Source: Fistulifera solaris (taxonomy: Eukaryota). From it: a DNA stretch of 64,000 nt. Location of the stretch: positions 2,480,001 through 2,544,000 of the forward strand of contig AP026123.1 in NCBI GenBank assembly GCA_030295235.1. Reading direction: 5' to 3'. The notes under the pieces are model-generated. The model did not search any database and was not told the DNA's origin. It saw only the letters and a program-made list of their open reading frames with translations. Position numbers and translations under genes: made by a program. Within the stretch, counting starts at the first letter, position 1; every line of letters starts with the position of its first letter. Positions 50,115-59,869 of the stretch are shown one piece after another.

Positions 50115-50572
50115 GATTCATGACTCAAGACTGAAATGTAGTCGCGGTCTCTTGGAACCTACAGAATGCGACTATAGTAGATACGGAAGACAACTCTTTT
50201 CGCAGGGCTCTTCGACGTGAAAGACAATGACATTTGATGCCAACGCTACCAAAGACGATGAAATAGCAACAACGACACATGGAGCTCAAGGAATTGGGAG
50301 AAAGATCGAATGGTAGGCAGCATTGTCGCTCAAAAGAGTATTGATTCATGACTCCTCAAGACTGAAAAGCAGTCTCGGTATCCTAGAACCTACAGAATGT
50401 GACTATAGTAAATACGGACGACGACCTTTTCGCAAGGCTCTTCGACGTAAAATAGAGGGATGTGTAATGAAAACGCTGCTTAAGACTATTTATAGCAGTA
50501 ACAACAAATGGAGCTCAAAAGATAATGCTGAACGATCGAATGGTAGGCAGCATTGTCGCTCAAAAGAGTATT
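50115..50572. repeat. Tandem direct repeat pair (~228 bp); third diverged copy at ~52520-52712
   Basis: GATTCATGACT..GACTATAGTA.ATACGG..GGCTCTTCGACGT..GGAGCTCAA..GATCGAATGGTAGGCAGCATTGTCGCTCAAAAGAGTA repeated. Confidence 0.9.
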
Positions 50573-50603
50573 TTTTATTCAGTCTCCGGTTGACGAAACT
50601 GGA

Positions 50604-50889
50604 GGGGCGAGGTTCGATACGGTGGTTGGTCGATCTTGGCGCCCAGCGCCGTAGATGAGAGTCTTGAGACGATCGGTGGTCCCCGGTCGTGCCTGAATCA
50701 AATAGGAGTCCCTCTGTTCGCATGATTCACATGTTTGACCTGGCAGCGGTTCGTTGTTAGGTGGATTTCATCCGTTGTCCATTGGGTCAGTTGTGTTTCT
50801 CTAACTTGTATTAGGGATTCGGTTCTGTTGTAGGATAGGACACAACTCGGCTGATCTGGGCTCATCGTCACGTTGAATTTCCTCGCTCC
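50604..50889 (+). ncRNA. Putative structured non-coding RNA (~290 nt), RNase MRP/P-like or novel
   Basis: Ends pair as an interrupted rod enclosing five hairpins; frequent G-U pairs work only on the + strand; no credible ORF. Confidence 0.45.
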
Positions 50890-50929
50890 AAGCTCCAACC
50901 AAAACAAAAAAACAGGAGAGAAGGAAGGA

Positions 50930-52480
50930 CCGCGATTCCAGAATATCTGGACCAGTCCCACAGTATTTCTGGTTGAGGGAAAAAGCGCGGATTAAAGAAA
51001 TTTGCAAATTTGCACAAATAGGCTGTCCTTCTCAAAACACTTAGTTTTCAAATTTCAGAAATGTCCACAGCATTTTTATATAATCCAAAACACCGAATCC
51101 AGAATATTTGGAACGTCCACGAAATGTCTGTTTTTGAACAAAAATAACTGGCCCAGAATTTTTGGACCAGACACACAGAATTTCTGGTTCATTAACCAGG
51201 ACTCCAGATTCCAGATTTTCTGGAATCTGCACAAACTGGCTGCTACTCTCAAAACGCTAGTTCAAGCTTATCATGAATGTCCACAGCAATTTATGAGCCA
51301 AAACAGTGATTCCAGAACATCTGGAACGCGCACGAAATGTCTGTTTGACTCGAAACAATAGGTCCTGAATTTCTGGACCAGTAAAACAGAATTTCTGGTT
51401 GACACAAAACCACGGATTCCTGAATTTCTGGAATTTCCACAAACTGGCTGTTATTCTCAAAACACTAGTTCTTGACTATAATGAATGTCCAAAGCATTTT
51501 ATGAGCCAAAACACCGAATCCAGAATATTTGGAACGTCCACGAAATGTCTGTTTTTGAACAAAAACAACTGGCCCAGAATTTCTGGACCAGTAAAACAGA
51601 ATTTCTGGTTGACACAAAACCACGGATTCCAGAATTTCTGGAATTTGCACAAACTGGCTTTAATTCTCAAAAACTAGTTCCCGAAGATCGCGAATGTCCA
51701 CAGCATTTTTATATAATCCCAAACATCGATTCCAGAATATCTAAAACACGCACGAAATGTCTGTTTGACACGAAACAACAACTGGTCCAGAATTTCTGGA
51801 CCAGTCACACAGAATTTCTGACTGACTAATCACGGATTCCAGAATTTCTGGAATTTGCACAAACTGGATTTAATTCTCAAAAACTAGTTCCCGAATATCG
51901 CGAATGTCCACAGCATTTTTATATAATCCCAAACATCGATTCCGGAATATCTGGAACGCGCACGAATTGCCTGTGTGACGCGAAACATCTAGTCCAAAAT
52001 TTCTGGTTGAAACAAAACCATGTATTCCAGATTTTCTGGAATTTGCACAAACTGTCTGTAATCGTCAAAGCACTAGTTCCAGCATATCAGGAATGTACAC
52101 AGCATTTCTAAATGACAACAAACACCGATTCCAGATAATCAGGAACGTGCACGAGATTCCTGTGTGATGCGAAACAACTGGTCCAGAATTTCTGGACCAG
52201 ATACACAGAGTTTCTGCTAGACACAAAACCACGGATTCCAGATTTTCTGGAATTTGCACAAACTGGCTGTTATTCTCAAAATGCTAGTTCCACAGCATTT
52301 CTGAATGACCACAAACACCGTTTTCAGAATATCTGGAATGGGCACAAAGTACCTGTGTGAAGCGAAACAACTGGTCCAGAAATTCTGGACCAGACACACA
52401 GAAGGTTTGGCCGACACAAAACCATGTATTCCAGAATTTCTGGAACTTGCACAAAAATCTCTGTGTGACGGAAAACAGCG
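50930..52480. repeat. Satellite array: ~52-bp palindrome-centred units in ~210-bp four-unit higher-order repeats (~7 copies)
   Basis: Recurrent TCCAGAATTTCTGGA cores; (G/C)CACAAA(CTGG) landmark at ~51011, 51229, 51437, 51647, 51857, 52045, 52256, 52449. Confidence 0.95.
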
Positions 52481-52956
52481 ATTTTGATAAGCATAGTAAA
52501 TTCTAGCCATTTTTATTTTACTGAAGTGCAGTCGTGGCGAAATACGGACAACATTTTGGGATAAAAGTAAATACGGAAGAAAACGTTTTGCAAGGCTCTT
52601 CGACGTAATTATAATTACGTTGAATACAGTTGCTGTTAAAGCCTATACCATGGCCACGACGACAAAGGGAGCTCAACAATACGCTGAACAAACAACATTT
52701 TGTCGCTCCAAAAATTTGATACATGACTGAATTGCAATCGTGGATAAGTTGCGATACACTTTAGACAATAGTAGCTGTTGTTGTCCTTCTTTTGAAGCGG
52801 ACGGAAATTCTGAGCTGTGTGAAAACTTCTCGAAAAACGAAAACATTCTAATTCCATTTTCCATCGTCGAATCAAGCGAATGAATCTCTTAAAATCAAGA
52901 GAGATGGCTTTATAAGTAAAAGGATACGACTAAAGAAAGGGTGTACAAGTCAGAAT

Positions 52957-54681
52957 ATGACAGAGAATGTGAAAGAAGGATCCTTTAACGATGATGTGAC
53001 ACTCATTCATGTGCCGTCGTCGCTGTTGGCACTATCGGTGGTGCCCCTTCTCGGGATTGCTATCGTATCGTATCAGATGAATCTGGGATTGGAAACTTCC
53101 ATCTTGTGGGGAACCGTACGATCCTTTGTGCAATTATCGATTTTGAGTGCTATCTTGCAGCCGATCTTTTATTGGGGACAAGACAACCCCTGGGTGGTTC
53201 TGGCGTACCTCTGTTTTATGGTCCTCCTCGCGTCCTATGAAGCAACCAGTCGGTCTCAATATCACTTTCAAAATGTCTTTACGTACATGTTCTTGGCCAT
53301 TGCACTGAATATCACTGTGGTTTCCTTGTTTGCCTTTGGGATTATTCTCAAACCACAGCCCTTATGGAATCCTCAATACGTCATTACGATTGTCGGCATG
53401 CTGCTGGGCAATGGCATTACGGGCATCAGTCTGGCGTTGAATAGTATTACCAGCAGTTTCGTCGAGCAACCCTTGGAAATTGAACTGCATCTTTCTTTCG
53501 GAGCTTCTCCAGTGGAAGCGTGTCAACGCCTCGTGCGCGATGCCGTTCGTGTCAGTACGACCCCCATGTTGAATTCCATGGCCGTCATCGGATTGGTGTC
53601 GATCCCGGGCATGATGACAGGACAAATTTTGGCGGGATCGTCGGTGATGGAAGCGGCTCGCTATCAACTGTTGATCTTGTATCTCATTGCGGTCACCGCC
53701 TTTGGGACGGTGCTCACTGAAATTTGGCTGGTGCAGAGAGTCGCGTTTGACCGGCAGGCACAAATACTGCGGCCTAATTTCTTTTTTCCAAAGCAATCTG
53801 CATTTCACGATATAAAATCATTTTTAGAAAATGTATTGAAACGAAGAGAGAATTCGCGTTTACAGCGTTTGAACGAAAACACCAATCTGCCCGACTACCG
53901 TTCTATTGATGATGCTTCAGCAAAAAACTCATCCGAAACGACGATTGAGTTTATACTAGCGGTGGATCGCGCTGCAGACGGTTGCGAAAATCAAACAAGT
54001 CTTTTGTCGTTTCAAGATCTGTCTCAAAGTATAGAACGGACAGAAAAAGACCCCTTACTGCTGTTTGACCGAATTTCACACACAATTCATTACGGTGATA
54101 TGGTGTTTGTCGTGGCACCCAGTGGTGCTGGCAAATCAACTCTCTTGCGAATGTTATCCAAACTAATTTTTACCGATGCAAGCAATCGTATCCTGTTGGA
54201 GGGACGTTCGACGTATTCCCCCACTGTTTGGCGCAAAAGGATCCGCTACGTACGCCAGAACAAAGTTGACATTCCAGGCACGCCTCGCGATATGATTGTT
54301 CGCATTTTGACATTTCAATCCTGGAAGATTTCGAAACACTCCATGCCATTTACAACGCAGCAAATGATCAGTTCGGTGTTACACTTTATCATCGAATTCG
54401 GCTTGGAGGAAGAGTGCATTGACAAATTGTGGAAGGACCTTTCGGGTGGCGAGTCTCAAAGAGTCTACCTTGCAATCGCGCTGGCATCACAACCCGATGT
54501 TTTATTGTTGGACGAAAGCACCAGCGCTCTCGACCTGGATTCCAAACTTCTGGTCGAACGCGTGCTTTGGAAAATTGTCTTGGAAAAGAGAATGGGTATA
54601 CTCTGGATCACGCACGATACGGAACAAATTGATCGAATGACTTTCCCTCCCAAAGCATTTCAAGGTAACTCTTCGAGTTAG
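52957..54681 (+). CDS. Fusion of UPF0014 permease (FetB/STAR2-like) and ABC ATPase (FetA/STAR1-like)
   Basis: PQYVI.IVGMLLGN, GLVSIPGMMTGQILAG..AARYQ; then APSGAGKS, LSGGE, LLLDE, ITHD. Confidence 0.9.
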   Translation: MTENVKEGSFNDDVTLIHVPSSLLALSVVPLLGIAIVSYQMNLGLETSILWGTVRSFVQLSILSAILQPIFYWGQDNPWVVLAYLCFMVLLASYEATSRSQYHFQNVFTYMFLAIALNITVVSLFAFGIILKPQPLWNPQYVITIVGMLLGNGITGISLALNSITSSFVEQPLEIELHLSFGASPVEACQRLVRDAVRVSTTPMLNSMAVIGLVSIPGMMTGQILAGSSVMEAARYQLLILYLIAVTAFGTVLTEIWLVQRVAFDRQAQILRPNFFFPKQSAFHDIKSFLENVLKRRENSRLQRLNENTNLPDYRSIDDASAKNSSETTIEFILAVDRAADGCENQTSLLSFQDLSQSIERTEKDPLLLFDRISHTIHYGDMVFVVAPSGAGKSTLLRMLSKLIFTDASNRILLEGRSTYSPTVWRKRIRYVRQNKVDIPGTPRDMIVRILTFQSWKISKHSMPFTTQQMISSVLHFIIEFGLEEECIDKLWKDLSGGESQRVYLAIALASQPDVLLLDESTSALDLDSKLLVERVLWKIVLEKRMGILWITHDTEQIDRMTFPPKAFQGNSSS

Positions 54682-54725
54682 CCATAAATATTTCATATTA
54701 TCAATTGATGCTGAAACAAGTTTGC

Positions 54726-55966
54726 TTATAAATTAAAAAGCTCATCTTCGTCGAAGGAACCGTCGGAGTCGATCGATGGATCCATCGCATTCATCGCTAT
54801 CTGACCGGACAATCTCAAGTCGATTTCTTCAATCAACCCAGTCGCCATGACATTTAACACCAGTTGAGCATTGTACGCTCCCCGTAGGCTGGGCCGTTGT
54901 AGTTCATTCACCACTCCTATCGTCAAGCCCATTCCAAATACCAGAAACGACAAATACCAAGATTGTACGGCCAATATTTCGCTGCCACCAATTGTTTGGG
55001 AACCGGCACCCAACAGCGGAAACGTAAATAACACAACGGCAAATAAGGTCCACAGCAAGGGCATGTGCAATTCCGGAAGTTTTCGTTGCAAAGCACCGAG
55101 ACGCTGTGCTCGTGCCTGACGCAATGATCGAACGGTTTGATAAATGATGGAAGGCTCACCGACACTAGTTAGATACAGAATGTCCTCCAAAGGATCATCC
55201 GACGGTGGCGCCGAGATCATGACCGCTGGATCCGCGGTAGTGAATTGGGTCAAATCTTCATGCACATACGTGTGCATACAAGACAACATGCGGCTGTACA
55301 ATTCTTTTCGGCCTTGAGACACCAAGGCGATTTGTTCGAGCAACGATTTGGCCATGGTCACTTCTTCAAATAACGCCAAGTAAATTGCTTCTTGTTGTTG
55401 ATACTAAGAAAGGAAGATAAGTAACCAAAGTCTTGCGGTCGATGAAACATCCCGCGCATTCTTTCGCTTACCATAAAGTAGTATGTCTGACCCAGTAGAA
55501 GTGCAAAGACGAGACCCGACGTTGTCAAAATATTTTGAATGAATTGCGACGCATCTTGTGATACTACCGCGAAAACGCCGGAATCATCAATCAAATTCGC
55601 TAATACCATAGCAATCGCGGAATACGTTACTTTAGCACTCGCTGCTAGTCCAAACGAAGGAAGCACCACACGTAAAATGGTGACCCAATTGACAAAATTT
55701 TGCAATTGATCGGGACGATCTTCCACATTGGTCAAATATGCAGCCGTACTTTCGTATAAGTTGTTGTAATCAATGTTGAGAGACGATGTTCTGATGGGGC
55801 TTATGTCGGAAGAGACTTGGGACAAGCGACGAACGCGACTATAATGGTTGGTAGATGCGAAGCGGATTTCTCGAACCGTCGATTGCGATCTTTCTAGTGT
55901 GGCAAATGCTGCGGTTGTTTCTATTGACGCCGCTGCGCTGATGAGAAATAACACGATGATCATCAT
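54726..55966 (-). CDS. Probable plastid multi-pass membrane protein (DUF4239/bestrophin-like)
   Basis: Signal peptide ending TAA-FAT; intron 55471-55404 joins ORFs (YFM|YQQQE); GLVFALLLG, LRQARAQRL and ELQRP motifs. Confidence 0.65.
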
Positions 55967-57140
55967 TTCTCCTTATTTTTTTGTAGAAACAGAGATAAGA
56001 GAGAACAGCAATCACCGTAAGGTGTTGCTATAGTGTGCATTATTTTGCTTTTTGTCATCGTCGGCATCCGGCGTCGCATCGTTTGTTTTATTCTTCTTGT
56101 CGCGACTGTCCGTCGTCCGGAAACCACGTTGGAGTAACTGTACGACATAATCACTATACTTTGTAATGCCTTTACAGTAATGCATCGTGAAAGAATTCAG
56201 TATGGCATAGTTGTGTAGAGTCTTACTTTTTGATCTAACACGCAATCTTGCTGCTAATCACGAATAAGGCTCTGGATTTAAGCTCAGCATGACAACGTCC
56301 GGAGATGGCAAGAACACCTGTAAAATATTGAGGAAGAAGGCATATGCGACATACTTGAGAAAGACATAAGCCTTATCTTGCATTTTGGATTTTGGTTTCT
56401 AATTTTGTAACAATAATTGTTTTACTTATATTCATCATTCATCCTCAAACTCAGGACTCAGGCGCTGAAATCTGAAATGAACGTCGAAGAATACACCGCA
56501 TACTACGTAGAAAATAAAAGTCCCTATTAATTCGCAACGGACGTTAGAGTAATACTCAGTACTAAATAGTATCCTGTGCTTGAGACGTGTAAGTCGATCG
56601 GAGTAGAGGAAAAAATCGACATTTTACGCGACAATTCACCGAGACAACAGACAAGGCTTAAGTACGTTGTAAGCAAATCATACCGTAAGGAAGCACTTTC
56701 TGGAGGACCATGAATAAAACGTGAAACAAGAAACGAGCTCAGAATCGTCGTTGTTAGTTGTTAGTTGTTAGTGACCGAGATTTAAAAAGATTGTCCCGAG
56801 CATCTGAATTAGTACGAGAGACTTTGAAATGAGAAGTTGAAACTTGATGCATTGATAATTCCATACAGTTACTTTCCTATCTTATGAATAGTACATCATT
56901 TAGTTTCGTTTTAGATTTAAGGTCACAGATTGCACCATTAATTCGAAAACGTACATTTCAGCCTATACAATCCATTTCAAATGAGTCGGCCGATTTCCTA
57001 TTTTTTCCGGCGCTGTCAATTTCGGGCCCTGCCTTTTTCATTCTCATTTCAATCCAAAGACAACAACAGAAAAGCAAAGCTTCCCCTTGTAATTTATCCA
57101 AAACGTAAAAAGACTTCAACAGCACAAGCTACAGAGAAAG

Positions 57141-59090
57141 ATGAGCGAAACAGGGTGGCTTGATGAAGACGAGGTCAACTTGTCGGCAAACGCATTCGCC
57201 GAGCGCGATTCTTGCTTCCAAGACGTCCCTGACCGAAAAGCGGATTCTCCTACAATTCATGAGTTGGAGACGACCGAAGGTGTAACAGAATTTGATGACT
57301 TACATCTCAATCAGGGACTGGATGCAATCGTCCGTGTGGATTCGCAGCGCAAACGGCGCCGGGTTGGAGCCATTCCATTGTATTGCATCTTGATGGGTGT
57401 CATCGCCGTCGTTGCTATTACAACGATGGGCATCATGCTTCCCAAGTCGAACAACAATGACACTAGCGAGCCACGTACAGTCCAATCGAACGAGGAGCAA
57501 GTCACTGAGATCCAAAAGGCCCTGGTAGAACAAGGTATTTTGAATGAGAATGATTCCGTGGAACCTGGTTCTCCTCGATACAAAGCAATACAATTTGTCG
57601 CCGTTCATTCGGAATCGGTTTCTCAATCGGATTCACCTTCACAAGAAATCAACTCGTATGCATTTATCGCACGTTACGTTATCGCTCTGACGCTATACAC
57701 GTTGCGCGGACCCTGGTTCACCATTAATTCTCCGATTTGCTCATTGTTTCACAAACAGGGCGAACCGTTGTCTGGAATCCGCTGCGACGAAAAGGACATC
57801 CTACGTCCCTCAACTTAGGTACGTATTCTTTCCCTCTCGAACAATTAAAATTCACAAAAGCTCATTCTTTGAACTTGTTGGACTCGCAGAGGGTCAAGCG
57901 CTTTCAGGACAAATTCCTACTGAATTTGGTCTGCTCACATCTGTACAGCACCTGAACTTCGTCAACAACTCTCTTGATGGCTCGATTCCTTCTGAATTGT
58001 GCAAACTTGATCAACTCTTGTCATTAAAGCTCGGTTGGAACAAGCTCCGCGGCACGGTTCCTGAATGCATGGGTCAAATGGAATCTCTCCAGCTGCTCAA
58101 TCTCAATTTCAATGACCTGGGGGCTCGCTTCCGGAAAAATCATTCCGAAATCTGCACGAAATGTATATCAATGCCAACAACTTCACTCAGTCTCTCCCAG
58201 ACTTGGTTGGTAACATGAGTAAACTCGTAGGATTTTCCGCGCGCGACAACAACTTTTACGGAAATGTCGCGTCCGCGTTCGATCGACACGCGGAAAGTTT
58301 GGTGTTTCTGGATTTGGGCTCCAATAGACGATTGGGAGGTCAATTTCCTCAGTCCCTTCTCACAAATGCGCCCAATCTCGAATACTTGTCGATTGGAAAC
58401 AATGCTATTGAAGGCAGACTGCCGTGGAATATCCCACAGAATGACAAGCTCAAGGTCCTATCGGTTTACAGCAACAGAATGAAAGGCATGATTCCTCCTT
58501 CCATCGCAAACTTGACTTCACTGACTCAGTTCATCGCTTCTGATAATCAATTTAGTGGCCCGCTGCCATCGAAGCTCCCGACAGGCCTAGCAGCGCTGTT
58601 CTTAAGTGGAAATCCTTTTTCTCCAGGACCGATTCCAGAAGAATGGGCGTCCTTACAACGCATGATAGCATTCCGTATGCGAAGAACACGTCGAAATGGT
58701 AATCTGCCCGCATGGGTGGGACAAAACTGGACCGAGCTTACTTTGTTGGATATCGGCGCCAACAATTTCGAAGGTAGCATTCCTGCCTCTTGGGGCAAGC
58801 TGCCGCAGCTCGAGTATTTGTTCCTAAATGGAAATGCACAAGTTTCAGGGGGAGTTCCGGAATCTTTTGCTACGTCTAGTTGGAAGAAAGTCGTCGTTTA
58901 CCAGACAAATGTTACGGGGAATTGGGAGTTCGCCTGCCCTAAAACAGACCCCGAACCTGCTGTTCTTGGCACGCACATCGACAAATGCTCATGCTGCGTG
59001 TTATGTGATGAGTGGACTTGTGCCAAAGAGTTCATAGATCGAACCGACAAGACTGTGAATTGGGTGTACCGTAACTATTTGGGCGTCTAA
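57141..59090 (+). CDS. Type II membrane LRR protein (copy 1)
   Basis: TM helix, SPRYKA..RYVI cap, plant-type LxxNxLxGxIP repeats, CSCC end; intron 57819-57889; indels. Confidence 0.85.
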
Positions 59091-59869
59091 TTGTCTAATG
59101 TAACTGTACCGGGCGCTGTAAAGATAAAGTGGTCGATTTTTGTGTTGTAACAACCAGTGTTCGCTTTTTATAAATCATAGTACGCTCGGCTTTATTTTCT
59201 GATCGCTCTAAAACGTCCTTGTCTAGAAGGACATCGATCGTGTGTGTGTGTGTGCTTAATTTCCTCTTGGTGTGTGCAACAAACGTTAGTTTTCGTATCG
59301 CCAGCGTATCTTTTCCCTCGCACTGGCACTCAGAACACAGGTCACAAAACTTCTTACACATAGCCTGAGTCCCGTAAAGAGTTGCTATAGTAGATAGTAG
59401 ATTGGGAGAAAATGTAGGATTGATACTTTCCTTCGTACTTAAACCTCGTAAGTTTGGGTAATGAGTAATGACCATTGCTCTCCGCGATTCATAAGCTATC
59501 TCTGAAACGTGCTATTTTCTATTAATAGACTTTTTGGATATAAGCCACCTCTCGAATGTGGTCAATGAAGTAGTCTGGAAACGGGCCAATTTGGGCGACA
59601 AACAAAATTGTATCGTGTTGGGCTTTTAACGTGACTGATGTTTGTAGTAATATTTTTACGCAGGGTCATGGTGCACTCCGTCGAATTAGTCCGATGCCCG
59701 CGAAGATCGATCCGTTCGTTTGAATTTTCTTCTACAAGAGCCGCTCTCTCTCATCGCGCACCCCTAATAAACGGTCGTTTGTTCTGCTGCAATTGAGAAG
59801 ATTCAAACGAACGAGGCAGTTGCTTACCATTGAACTAGAAACAGCTAAAAAGAAGAATAACAAGGCACC

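Noticed and set aside
50119..50160. SECIS-like ATGA..AAA..GA downstream of the methyltransferase ending in TGA
   Set aside because: The helix next to the putative quartet does not pair properly, the motif is part of a dispersed repeat, and read-through of the TGA gives only a few residues.
50604..50889. Telomerase RNA, SRP RNA or hammerhead identity for the structured segment
   Set aside because: No CCCTAA-type template on the folding strand, no SRP helix-8 GNRA/AGCAG motif, and GATGAGAGTCTTGAGACGAT lacks the CTGA and GAAA hammerhead core.
50930..52480. CRISPR-like array (palindromic repeats with spacers)
   Set aside because: Spacers are themselves repeated in a four-unit cycle, cores are degenerate, the context is eukaryotic and no cas genes are present.
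51002..52510. ORFs within the satellite (also 36972-37369)
   Set aside because: Short, in several frames on both strands; by-products of the DNA repeat.
56751..56772. (GTTAGTT)n short repeat and isolated TTAGGG hexamers as interstitial telomere
   Set aside because: Only about three units and not a telomeric array; likely a simple microsatellite.
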